64,000 nt of DNA, from contig NC_086097.1 of NCBI RefSeq assembly GCF_963921235.1, positions 184,514,001 through 184,578,000 on the forward strand, given 5' to 3'. This document shows, piece after piece, positions 36,915-49,430 of this stretch. A program made the translations under genes and the position numbers. The notes under the pieces were generated by a model. That model was not told the origin of the DNA. It searched no databases and saw only the letters and a list, made by a program, of their open reading frames with translations. This stretch comes from Mobula hypostoma (lineage: Eukaryota). The first letter of the stretch is position 1; each line of letters starts with the position of its first letter.

Positions 36915-37790
36915 AAAGTTCAAAGTTCAAAGTAATTGTAATTATCAAAGTGCATATATGTCACCACATACAACCCTGAGATTCATTTTCCTGTGGGCAT
37001 ACTCAGCATATCTATAGAATAGAAAGTATAACAGAATCAATGAAAGATCAACTAGAGTGCAGAAGACAACAAACTGCAAATGCAGATATAAATAAATGGC
37101 AAAAAATAATGAGAATATGAAAGAAAAATATAAAGAGTCCTTAACATGAGATCATTGGTTGTGGGAACATCTCAATGGATAGGAAATAGAATGTAATTAT
37201 CCCCTTTGTTCAAAGCCTGATGGTTGTGGGATAATAACTGTTCTTGATTCTGGAGGTGCAAGTATCTTGTACCTTCTACCTGATGGCAGCAGCGAGAAAA
37301 CAGCTTGGCTTGGGAGGTGGGGATCTTTGATGATGGATGCTTGCCTTCCTATCTCAGTGTTTCATGTAATGTGCTCAATGGTTGGGAGGGCTTTACCTGT
37401 GATGTACTGGACCATATCCACTACCTTTTGTAGGATTTTCCATTCAAAGCCATTGGTGTTTTCATACCAGTCTGTGATGCAACCTGTCAATACACTCTCC
37501 ATCGCACAGCTATAGAAACTTGTCAAAGTTTTAGATGTCGTGCCAAATCTCTGCAAACTCCTAAGGAAGCAGAGGCATTGCCTCCGTCACAATTGCATTT
37601 ACATGCTGTGTTTAGGAAAGGTCCTCTGGAATAGAAACACACAAGAATTTAAAGCTGCTGACCCTCTCTACCGCTGATCCTCCAGTGTGAACTGCCTTGT
37701 GGACCTTTAGTTTCCCTCTCCTGAAGTCTGTAATCAGTTCCATGATCTTGCTGACATTGAATGAGAGGCTGTTGTTATAACATCACTCAG
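36915..37790 (-). mobile_element. Rex1-type LINE 3' fragment
   Basis: RFGTTSKTLTSFYSCAMESVLTGCITDWY motif; (TTTGAAC)n tail on the minus strand. Confidence 0.82.
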
Positions 37791-37794
37791 TTAG

Positions 37795-37922
37795 GATGTC
37801 AAAGGGTACAGGGAAAAGGAAGGAGAATAGGGTTGAGAGGGAAAATAAATCAGCTATGATGGAATGGCAGAGCAGATTCAATGGGCCGAATGGCCTAATT
37901 CTGCTCCTATGTCTTGTGGTAT
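37795..37922 (+). mobile_element. CR1 3' UTR fragment
   Basis: GGGCCGAATGGCC hairpin and TCTTGTGGT tail. Confidence 0.75.
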
Positions 37923-38499
37923 TAGGGTCATATGATTAAACAGATTGAATAAACCATCATTTGCAGTTTGGATTTCATATAAATACTGACAACCAAGTAT
38001 TGTTATAATGTGTTAAATATCTCCCATAATCTTATCCTAATACAGTAACTGAATATCATTTCATTTAGCATAAGTATTGATTTATTATTAGGTATAAAAT
38101 TACAGCTTCATTTTCATCTTCCATTATGTATGATCTTATGAAGTTTAAATGGATTTGAAATGTATTAAATATAATAGTATTTTGTAAATTATGCAACATT
38201 TGTTTTGTAATCTAATTGGTACTAAGCAGCATAAATTTAGAAAATCACAACTTGGGAGAAACTAAACATTTATCTGAGAAATTTAAAAAGTAATATTTTT
38301 GGTCAGAACAAAGTTATGAAGAAAATAATTTACCAGGCTGCAAAGTTTTCTTTGTAATCATTTTCATCAGAACCCATAATTTTCAACAACACTGTTATAT
38401 GTCCTTTAGCATTCCCTGAACTAATAAGGAATATTCTAGTTCTTCGTATTATGTCACAGAATTCAAGTCAAGTGAAGTTTATTGTTACTTAACTATATA

Positions 38500-40137
38500 A
38501 AGTGCATATAAAAAGTATTTACTCCCCCATGGAAGTTTTCATGTTCTATTGTTTTACAACATTGTTTCACAGTGGATTTAATTTGTCTTTTTTTATATAT
38601 TGATCAACAAAAAAAGACTCCTTTGTGTCAAAGTGAAAACAAATTTCTAAAAATTGGTCTAAATTAATTACAATTATTAAAGATAAAATAATTGATTTTA
38701 TAATTACTCACCCTCTTCAAGTCAGTATTTAGTAGATGCACCTTTGGTAGCAATTACAGCCTTGTTTGTGTGGATAGGCCTCTATCAGCTTTGCACATTC
38801 TGGACACTGCAATTTTCCCCCATTCTTCTTTACAAAACTGCTCAAACTCTGTCAGATTAAATGGGGATTATGAGTGAACACCCCTTTTCAAGTCCAGCCA
38901 CAAATTCTGAATTTGATTGAGGTCTGGACTCTGACTTGGCCACTCCAGGAGATCAACTTGGTTTTTAAGCCATTCCTGTGTAGTTTTGGCTTTGTGCTTG
39001 GGCTCATTGTCTTGATGGAAAACAAATCTTTTCCTAAACTGCAATTGTCTTGCAGACTGCATCAGGATTTCCTCCGGGATTTTGTTGCATTTTGCTGCAT
39101 TTATTTTACCCTCTACCTTCACAAGCCTTCCAGGGCCTGCTGCAGTGAAGCATCCCCACAGCATGATGCAGCCACTACCATGCTTCATGGTAGGGATTTA
39201 GTGATTTTGATGATGCGCAGTGTTTGGCTTACATCAACCATAGCGTTTAGTCTGATGGCCAAAAAGTTAAATTGTTGTTTCATCAGACCAGAGAACCTTC
39301 TTTTAGCTGACTTCAGCATTTCCCACATGCCTTCTGGCAAATTCTAGCAGAGGGTTCATGGGAGTTTTTTTCAAAAATGGCTATCTCTTTGCTACTCTCC
39401 CATAAAGCTGCGACTAGTGAAACACCCAGGCAACAGCTGTTGTATATGCAATCTCTCCCATCTCAGCCCCTGAGGCTTTTCATTCCTCCAGAATTGTCAT
39501 AGGTGCCTTGGTAGCCTCCCTCTCTAGTCCCCTTCTTGCATGGCCACTCAGTTTTTGAGGATGGCCTGCTCTAGGCTAATTTACAGCTGTGCCATATTCT
39601 TTCCATTTCTTGATGATTGACTTAACTGTACTCCAAGGGATATTCAATGACTTGGAAATGTTCTTGTATCCATCTCCTGACTTGTGCTTTTCAATAACCT
39701 TTTCAGAGTTGCTTGGAGTGTTCTTTTGTCTTCATGGTGTAGTTTTTGCCAGGATATTGACTCACCAGCTGATGGACCTTCCAGATACAGGTGTATTTTT
39801 GGTACAGTTAATTGAAACACCTTGACTGCACACAGGTCTCTGAAAACAGATCTCCATTTAACTAATAATGTGACTTCTAAAACCAATTGGCTGCACCAGT
39901 GATGATTTGGTGTGTCATATTAAAGGGCGGGGGGAATACTTAGGCAATCAATTATTTTGTGTTTTATATTTGTAATTAATTTAGATCACGTAGAGATCTG
40001 TTTTCATTTTGACAGGAAAGACACTTTTTCTGTTGATTAGTAGCAAAAAAGCTAAATTAAATCCACTGTGATTCAATGTTGTAAAACATTAAAACACGAG
40101 AACTTACAAAGGGAGTGAAAACCTTTTATAGGCACTG
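38500..40137 (-). mobile_element. Tc1/mariner transposon with long TIRs, defective, inserted into a LINE 3' fragment (38461-38499 and 40140-40470)
   Basis: Ends AAGTGCATATAAAAAGTATT / ACCTTTTATAGGCACTG flanked by TA; roughly 200-bp inverted arms. ORF 38868-39188 KHGSGCIMLWGCF..HQDNEPKH..WPSQSPDLNQIQ, with Q at the catalytic E position. Confidence 0.92.
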
Positions 40138-41610
40138 TATATAATATATATAGAAATGAGACAACGCTTCTTCAAACCAGAGTGTAAAGCACATAATACA
40201 TAATAACCTATGAAGGTAAGGATAAAATCCATAGGTGAATCATACATAAATAACAAACTAAAATGGATTAATATTAAATATCATAAGGTCTGGAACAGAT
40301 TAACAGTGACACTTCAAATACAATGCGGCTGGGAGTTCAGAAGCCTAATGGCCTGTTTCTCATCCTGACCATTCCTATTTTTCCGCATCGTAGTCTCCTG
40401 CCTGATGGTAGAAAGTCAAAGAGGATGCTAGTTTGATGGGTGGAATCCTTAATAACACTAAGGGCCCTTGTAAGCTTTTGTGCTGGTGAATCTTCTCCAT
40501 GAACTTGATATTCAAGAGCTAAATTAAATTTTCTTAAGTTCAGTGCCTATACTGTTGTCGATAAATGAGTGTATCCTTTCACAAATCAGCAACATTTCTG
40601 ACATCAGGAATGTCAGTGTCGTCCAAGTCACGTGCAGTTTTAAAGTGAACAAATAAGAATATTTATCTGTTGCCTGTCACCACAGTACTTGTTACTTTCA
40701 AAGCTGGTTTGTGCTATGAATAATATAATACATAAAGTGACAAAAGGTTTGCAAAGTAATAGTTAAAAACAATATTGAGTTAATTAAAAATGCATAATAT
40801 TGGCATTTGGTTTGTGTTTTTTTTTAATGAAAATCTTCAGACTATTTCATGTGAGTAACTCTAGAAACACTGAGTATTTGGAAAAACAGCTTAATCAGAA
40901 AAAATCTTTGAGTTCAATCTGTATTTTGAAAACTGCAATGAATTCTTTTGAAACTTTTGTTTTGTTTTGTGGTTTGTTGTAATCGTTTTCAAATCCCTTT
41001 ATCATTTCTCAAATGTCATTTTTATTAAGTGACAGGATAATTTTACCAGTACCCTTCTGTATAACAACAATCCAGAACTCCCGGAATAATATTTACAAGT
41101 AATTTCCAAACATCACTAAATATAGGAATGTAAAGTATCTATCCTCATTTCAAATTGGAGATCAAAAACTTGCAGATGCTGTAAATTCTTCCTACTTCTG
41201 AAGGAGATTTGACCTGAAACATTATCTCTGCTTCTCTTTCCACTTGTTTTACCAGCGCTGCTGCATATTTCCAGAATATTCTGCTTTAAATTCAAATTAA
41301 AGTTACCTCTTATGAATAGTAGATGAACTGGTAACTCTGCAGAAACTGTTTGGCCAGCTGTCATTACTCATGCAGTACCCTTTAAACTGGTAAAACATCG
41401 ACTGCTAGTATTTATACAGTGCCTTTAGTGACTCAGTCATGATGAGAATGATTGAGGTGGAGAGAATAAATTCCACCCAGTGAAATCTAAGAGTTTGAAC
41501 TTCACCAGCTCAGATTGCTTTAGGTGCTGACTCATTACGCATGTTCAAAGCTGAAACGTGGTGCAGAAATATAGATTCTACAGAAAAATGCAGTAAGGGC
41601 CAAAAGATGG

Positions 41611-41815
41611 GGAGGCACAGTAGGGTAGCAGTTAGCGTTAATTATCACAGTACCAGCGAGCCAGGTTCAATTCCTGCTACTATCTGTAAGGAGTTTGTAC
41701 ATTCTCCCCTGTGAGCGTGTGAGTTTCCTCCAGGTGCTTCAGTTTCCTCCCACATTCCAAAGATGTCATTGCTTATCTGTGTGTAATTGGACCTGTTACT
41801 GTGCTATATATCTGA
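41611..41815 (+). mobile_element. tRNA-derived SINE, HE1/V-SINE-like
   Basis: B box GGTTCAATTCC and V-domain-like GGAGTTTGTACATTCTCCCC..GTTTCCTCC..GTTTCCTCCCACATTCCAAAGA. Confidence 0.8.
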
Positions 41816-42147
41816 ATGAAATTAATCTCTGATGTTCTTCCTGAATCAGATCACCCTGACGTTAATGAATGGTGGAGCACGGTCAGAAGTCTTAAATTGA
41901 TTTATGGGCTTTTTCTTATGACCTTTAATGTAGTGATAAGCCTCAAGAAACATCACAAGAACAGAAATTGCTGGAAATATCCAGCAGATCAGCCAGCTAT
42001 AGAAGGCTAACCTACTCAGTGTTTACAGCATTTTCTGCGTTTGCTTCAGATTTCCAGCATCCACAGGACCTTACCTCACTTCAGAGAAGTATTGCCAGAC
42101 ACGGTTTATTCTTATGGATAATATGAGATGTTAGAGCAGGATACAGG

Positions 42148-42485
42148 GATGGCACAGTAGTGTAGCAATTAGTGCAACACTTATCAGTGCCAGCGGTTGA
42201 TCATCAGGATTCAATTCCCACTTCTGTCTGTAAGGAGTTTGTACCTTCTCCCTATGACTAGATGAGTTTCCTCCAGTTACTACAGTATCCTCCCCCAGTC
42301 CATTGACATATGGGTTTGGGTTAGTAAGTTGTGGGCATGCTCTGTTAGCTCCAGAAGTATGGTGAGACTTGCGAGCTGCCTCCAGTACACCCATGGACTG
42401 TGTTGCTCATTGACTCAAATGATGCATTTAACTCTATATTGTGGTGTAGATGTGACAAAGTTCATCTAATCTTATCTAATCTAAT
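42148..42485 (+). mobile_element. tRNA-derived SINE, HE1/V-SINE-like
   Basis: GGCACAGTAGTGTAGC head, GATTCAATTCC B box, V-domain-like core, (TAATC)n tail. Confidence 0.8.
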
Positions 42486-42605
42486 CAAAATCTTGGTCAA
42501 AGTTATACTTTATGAAACATCTCAAGTGAGACATGAATCTTATCTAATCTAATCAAAATCTTGGTCAAAGTTATACTTTATGAACCATCTCAAATGAGAC
42601 ATGAA
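42468..42605. repeat. 68-bp tandem duplication
   Basis: Units start at 42468 and 42536; two mismatches seen. Confidence 0.9.
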
Positions 42606-42889
42606 GGCAAAACAGGAAATTTTAGAATGTAGGGATTTAACAGCTGAAAACTAAGAGCAAGATTAAAATCAGGTGCATTTGGAACTGGAATTAGAGCAAT
42701 ACAAAGATCTTAAAAGCTTGTAGGGCTTGATGAAATTAGAGATAGTTAGGCATGGGGCTATGGAACAGTTTTAAAATCAGGATCACTTGATTAAATTTCA
42801 ACTAAGTTTCTGGATTGAACAGAAACAACAGAGTTTTGATTGAAAATTATATGTTGATTCTACAAGAACATGGAATAACAAGAGAAAGG

Positions 42890-44372
42890 GTCCTTAAGAG
42901 TCCTCAGTGGGAAGTTAGAGGATTGGGAACCTTTTAAAGTCTAACAGAAGGCAACTAAAAAAGTCATTAAGAAGGTAAAGATGGAATACAAATGTAAGCT
43001 AGACAATAGTATTAAAGAAAATACCAACATTTTCTTCAGACACAAAGTGTTAAAGAGAGGCGAGAGTTAGACCACTGGAAAATGATGCTGAAGAGGGGAA
43101 AATGAAATGGTGGATGAACTGAATAAGTATTTTGCATCAGTCTTCACTGTGGAAGACACTAACAGTATGGTAGAAGTTCCAGGTGTCCGTGGGCATGAAG
43201 TGTCAGAAGTTACCATAACGAGACGGAAGGTTCTTGGAAAACTAAAAGGTCTGAAGGTAGATGAGTCACCTGGACCAGATTTTGTACACCCTGGAGTTCT
43301 GAAAGAAGTGGCTGAAAAGATTGTGGAGGCATTAGTAATGTTCTTTCACGAGTCACTAAATTTGGAATGGTTTCGGAAGACTAGAAAATTGCAAGTGTCA
43401 CTCCACTCTTGAAGAAGGGAGAAAAGCAGGAGAAAGGAAACTATAGGCCAATTATTCTGATCTCAGTGGTTGGGAAGATGTTGGGGTCAATTATTAAGGA
43501 TGAGGTTTCAGAGTACTTGGATGCACGTGATAAAAAGGCCGTAGTCAGCAAGATTTCTTCAAAGGAAACTCTTGCCTGACAAATCTGTTAGAATTCTTTG
43601 AAGAAATAACAAGCAGGATAGACAAAAGGAGAATCAATTAATGTTGTGTACTTGGATTTTCTGAAGACGTTTGACAAGGTGCCACACATGAGGCTGCTCA
43701 ACAAGCTAAGAGCCCGATGTTTTACAGGAAAGATTTTAGCATGGATAACACTGTGGCAGATTGGCAAGAGGCAAAGAGTGGGAGTAAAGGGAATCTTTTC
43801 TGACTGGCTGCTGGTGACTAACGGTGTTCCATAGGGGTCTGTATTGGGACCAACTTGTTTTTATGTTATATGTCAATGATTTGGATGACGGAATTGATGG
43901 CTTTGATGCAAAGTTTGCAGGTGATATTAAGATAGGTAGAGGGGCAGGTAGTTTTGAGGAAGTAGAGAGCTGACAAAAGGACTTAGATTAGGAGGATGGG
44001 GAAAGAATGGCAGATGGAATAGAGTTTTGGGAAGTGTATGGTCATGCACTTTGGTAGAAATGAAGGGGCTGACTATTTTCTAAATGGAGAGAAAATATAT
44101 AAAAACTGAGGTTCAAAGGGAGTCCTTGTGCAGGATTCTCTAAAGGTTAATTTGTAGGTTGAGTCTGTGGTGAGGAAGGCAAATGCAATGTTAGCATTCA
44201 TAGCAAAAGGACTGGAATGTAAAAGTCAGGATGTAATGCTGAAATTTTATAAAGCACTGGTGAGTTCTCACTTGGAGTATTGTGAGCAGCTTTGGGCCCC
44301 TCTTCTTTGAAAGAATGTGCTGAAACTGGAGAGAGTTCAAAGATGGTTCATCAAAATGATTCCAGGATTGAA
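42890..44372 (+). mobile_element. CR1 LINE internal ORF2 fragment, same family as the old nest host
   Basis: ORFs 43107-43412 and 43646-43834 (YLDFLKTFDKVPH..NGVP). Confidence 0.88.
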
Positions 44373-44392
44373 TACTCTCTCCATTAGACATC

Positions 44393-46520
44393 AATAAGAA
44401 GGGGTAAAGAAGAAGGAATTTGATAGGACAGGAGAGGAGGCCATGGAAAAAGAGAAGAGACACCAGAAGGAGCTGGTGGGACGGTGTGGAGAAGAGAAGG
44501 GGTGAGAGGAGAATCAGAATGAGGAATATAAAAAGTGATGCAGGAGAAGAAAATAGTTGTTCTGCAATCAGGTTGGAGGCTACCCAGATGAAATATGGGT
44601 GTTGCTACTCCTACCTGAGTGTGGTGTCATTGTGGCAGTAGACCATCATCTTGGAATGGGAATGCAAAATCAAAGTAAAATGAGTAGCCCCGGGAAAATC
44701 TCACCTTTTCTGGCAGATGGAGACAAGGTGCTCGATGAAGCAGTGCCCCAATATAGAGGAAGCCAAGAGTACTGGATTCAGTAGACGACACTGACAGACT
44801 TGCAAGTGAATTGTCACCTCACCTGGGAGGATTATTTGGGCCCTAAGTGCAAATAAGAGAAAATCTGAAGATGCTGGAAATCCAAGCAACATGCACAAAA
44901 TGCTGGAGGATCTCAACAGGCCAGGCAGCATCTATGGAAAAAAGTTCAGTCGATGTGTCGGGCCAAGACACTTCAGCAGGACTGGAGAAGAAAGATGAGG
45001 AGTAGATGGGGGGAGGGGAGAGAGAAACACAAGGTGATAGGTGAAACCAAGAGAGGGATGGATGAAGTCAGGAGTTGGCAAGCTGAATGGTGGAAGAGCT
45101 ATAGAGCTGAAGAATGGGAAATCTAATAGGAGAGGATAGAGACCATGGAAGAAAGGAAGTGGGGGAGGAGCACCAGAAGGAGGTGATGGGCAGGCAAAGA
45201 GATAAGGTCAGAGAGGGAAAAGGGGATGGGGAATGGTGAAGGAGGGTGAGGGCATTACCGGAAGTTCGAGAAATTGATGTTCATGCTATTGGGTTGGAGG
45301 CTACTCAGACAGAATATAAAGAACATAAGGTGTTCTTCCTCCAAGTTGAGTGTGGCCTCATCTCGACAGTAGAGGCCATGGATTGACATATCGGAATGGG
45401 AAGTGGAATTAAAATGGATGGCCACTGGGAGATTCTGCTTCTTCTGGCAACAGAGCATAAGTGCTCGGCGAAGCAGTCTCTCAATCTATGTCAGGTCTCA
45501 CCGATATATAGGAGGCCACAGCAGGAGCACTGAACACAGTATATGACCCCAACAGACTTTCAAGTGAAGTGTTGCCTCACCTGGAAGGATTATTTGGGGC
45601 CCTGAATTGTAGTGAGGCAGGAGGTCTATAGGCACGTGTAACACTTGTTTCGCTTGCAAGGATAAGCGCCAGGAGGGAGATCAGTGGGGAGGGACAAATG
45701 GACAAGGGCGTCGCCTGGGGAATGATCCCTGCAGGAAGCAGAAAGTTGGGGGGGGGGGAGATGTGCTTGGTGGTGGGATCCCATTGGAGATGGCAGAAGT
45801 TTTGGAGAATTACGTGCTAGACATGGAGGCTGTTGGAGTGGCGGGAGGATGGGGTAAGAGCAGGCGTGTGTGAAATGAAAGAGATATGGTTGAAGGTAGC
45901 ATTAATAGTGGAGGAAGGGGAGCACCTTTCTTAAATGGTTGTGAGGGAGCAGGTGTAGCCCCTGTTCTGCTTGTTGGGATAAGTGCCAGGAGGGAGGTCA
46001 GTGGGGAAAGATGAGTGGACAAGAGAGTCAAATAGAAATTGATCCATACAGAAAGCAATGAGTAGGGGAAGGGAATGATGTGCTTAGTGGGAGGATCCAG
46101 TTGTAAATTGCAGGGAATGGTGCGCTAGATATGGAGGCTAAAAGGATGGTAGGTATGGACAAGGGGAACCCAATCACTTTTAAGGTACTAGGTGGAGAGC
46201 GTGAACGCAGCTGTGCTGGAAATGCGTAAAGCGGAATGGTGGTGGAAGGAAAACGTTCAGATGTTCCGGAATGGGAAACCTCTTCCTGAGAACAGATGTG
46301 GTGGAGACTGAGGAACTAAGAAATGGGAATAACACTTTTACAAGTGACAAAGTGGGAAGAAGTATAGTCAAGTCAGCTGTGAGAGTCAGTTGCTTTATAA
46401 AAATTATTAGTAGCTATTTTGTCTCCAGAAATGGAAACAGAGAAATGAAGAAAGGGAAAATTGGTGTCAGAGATGGACGCAGTAAATCTGAGAGCAGAGT
46501 AGAAGTTGGAGGCGAAAGGA
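44393..46520 (-). mobile_element. Penelope-like retroelement fragments in tandem (GIY-YIG endonuclease, pseudo-LTR)
   Basis: Minus strand ~45550-45460 reads GVIYCVQCSCCGLLYIGET*HRLRDCFAEHL; ORF 45255-45458 gives LPVAIHFNSTSHS..LEEEHL..LQPNSMNINFSNFR. A second copy of this region occupies 44393-44846. Confidence 0.85.
44947..44983 (-). ncRNA. Degenerate minimal type I hammerhead ribozyme in the Penelope pseudo-LTR
   Basis: Minus strand CAGTC-CTGCTGA-AGTGTCTTGGCCC-GACAC-ATC-GACTG. Stem I (CAGTC/GACTG) is intact; the core boxes each differ by one base from CUGAnGA, GAAAC and GUC. Confidence 0.55.
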
Positions 46521-48779
46521 CTTCAAGGCTGCTTTTGGCATTAAAACAGGAATTATTAACATGTCCTGTAATCAGTGTAGCCCAATAAAAAATTTATGAA
46601 TGCAACCAAAAAATGTTGAAAAAATAATCACGGTGAGAAGAGAAATAAATATATTACCTTTAGGTAACAGGGTTGATCTCTACTTTTGGACTGTGAAGGG
46701 AATTGATAATGAAGCTTTGGGTAAAATGATGCTGGCTGTAGTACAGGCATCCAACAGCCCCTGTATGTCCATGATGAGCTGTGTGACAAGTGTCAGTATG
46801 TCTGCCATGCGGCTCTGTGATTGGGCTCTGAACAAACTGGGACTCCCTTGATCATGGCAATAATTTTACAGAGAATTCATGCAATGTGAGGAGGACATGA
46901 GATGTATGTTCAACAGATTCTAAAGTTCTATTAAATTCTTGTAATACAATGATGTGGCCATTTCAAAACTTAAGTGCCATTAGCCGGCAGTGCAAAATAC
47001 AATCTGAGACAGTGGTCGGATCATTATAATACTTATCTATGTGAGCTAATCTGTCACATTAATAATTTATATCAGACTTCTCAATGTGCTGATAATAGCC
47101 CAACTTTCATTAACTATTTATGATACATTGAGTATTCCTCTGCTCTTATACTTTGATCATGGCTCTTTTTAAAGTACCTGCGGAAGGGACAAGGATTCAC
47201 TACTGCTACCAAACTAAGAGGAGGTGGAGGGATGGTTTAATATAGAGGAATGCATTGTTTTTGATGTGGATCACTAGAGGAAGTAGTTGAGTATTAATTG
47301 CAGGGAAAAAATATTGGTAAACTGCTCAGGTGAACTAATTTCTACATTTCCCACCAGTGCATTGTGACTGACAAGCAATTATCATTGAATTATAGTCAGG
47401 GTTATTGCAGCAAGTTTGTAGATGGTGCATAACTTCGAAAGGAAAACTTGGTGACAACTCAAAACATTTCTGACAACAGCTTTGATGAAGCATGCTTTAG
47501 TTTAACTGCACAATCAAATTTTAGTTACTTTTTGATGGTATAAATACTAGAATTTATTGGATATCAAGTTTCTTTTCAGATATCAGGGGAACAACCCCTA
47601 TCCACTAACATTCCCTTATTTAAAATGCTTGGAATTGTGAATTGTGGGTTTGTGTGTTTGTTTCCAGTTATTTTTAGCTTTCATCAGTGAGAGAGAGTTT
47701 TATTTAAGTAATACAAAATATCTATCATCACACCCTCTAATTCTACACAACTTTAATTTGTTGTGTTGAACATTGAACTCTGCTATAAAGGACTTACCAA
47801 ATCAAGCTGCTGATATGCCGTATGCTTCCAGTAAGTTACCTCTCTACTCATACCCAAGCCTTGAAGTTATCACCTTACACAATGTGATGATCACCCTGCC
47901 TAGAGTGTTCCCTGAAACCTTTAGCTTCTGAATTACCTACCTGCTTCAAGCAAGCTTCAATTATATTGGTGCCCAAGGAGAACATGGTGACCTGCCTCAA
48001 CGACTATTGTCCAGTAGCACTTAAATCAACAGTGATGAAATGTTTTGAGAGGTTGGTAATGAATCTGTTAATCTATTTCAGGGGTTCCCTTCCTTTTTTA
48101 TGTCATGGACCAAAACCAACCTCTTATCCTCCTTCACTCCAAAGAGAAAAGTCCCAGCTTGCTCAACCTATGATAACCTCTCTGGTCCAGGCAGCATCCT
48201 GGAAAACCTCCTCTGCACCCTCTCAGAAGCTCCAACATCATTCCAGATCTGAACAAGATATTCAAAGAATTTTTGTACCGTACTGTTTCGAATTGCACTC
48301 AGAATTTGAAACATAGTCCTACAAAGCTTCTATGAAAATATAATATTATAGACATGTTTTTTTTACATCCAAATTCATTCTTCCTATGTGGTGAAGGTAT
48401 TTCACAGAAAAGTTGACAAATAAAATTTGAGACTTACATGATAAATGACCAATTTTTATGAGGCACAGTAAGAAGGAAAGAGTAATTGTGAGGTGGAGGA
48501 ATTTAGGGGAAGGATTCTATAGCCTATAGTAGTGATAGGTCTCCTTTACGAATAAAATAGCTTTATTATACTAACATTTTCAGTCACTTTACAGAAGCAT
48601 TGCCAAACGAAACAGCAATAATCCACATAAGATACAGAAGCAGATGGAAGAAGTTATAAAGAAGTAGAAAAGTTTAGAAGGGGAATTCTCGAGTTTGGAG
48701 TCTTGATAATTAAAAATATGTCTACAATTAAAATCAGATTTGTGTAAAAGACAAATAGATGGAGCATAGTGATTAAAAT

Positions 48780-49430
48780 AGTGTCACATTATACTACTCT
48801 GAGATTCATTTTCTTGTAGGCATTCACTGTAGAACAAAGAAATACAATAGAATTAGCGAAAAACTATGCACAAAGACAGAGATACAACCAATGTGCAAAG
48901 GAAGACAAAAACCTGTGTGAATACAAAATAGATAAATAAATAATATTGAAAACATAAGTTGTGGAGTCCTTGAAAGTGAGACCATAGGTTGTGGAATCAG
49001 TTCAGTGTTGAAGTGAGTGAGATTATTGAAGATGTTTCAGGAGCCTTATGGTTAAAGGTAATAACTGATCCTGAACCTGATGGTGTACATGCCAAGGCTT
49101 CTGTATCTCCTTCCTGATGACAGCGGCAAGAAGAGAGCATGGCTTGGATGGTGGGGTTGGGGGAGTACTTGATGATGGATCCTCATTTTTTAAGGCAGCT
49201 CTCTTAGTAAATGTCCTCAAAGGTGGATAGTGTTTTGCCTGTGATGGACTGGGCTGTATCCACCACTTCATGCAGGCTTTTTGGTTCTTGGGCGCTAAAG
49301 TTTCCATCCCAAGCTGTGATGCAGCCAATCAGGTTACTCTCCGCTGTGCATCTATAGAAGTTTGCTAAAATAATAGAAGACATGCCAAATCTGCACAAAC
49401 TTCAAAGAAAGTGGGGCAGTGTCGTGCCTT
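48780..49430 (-). mobile_element. Rex1-type LINE 3' fragment
   Basis: RFGMSSIILANFYRCTAESNLIGCITAW motif plus shared 3' UTR. Confidence 0.8.

Noticed and set aside
41611..41690. tRNA gene
   Set aside because: The A/B-box region runs into a SINE body and lacks a complete cloverleaf.
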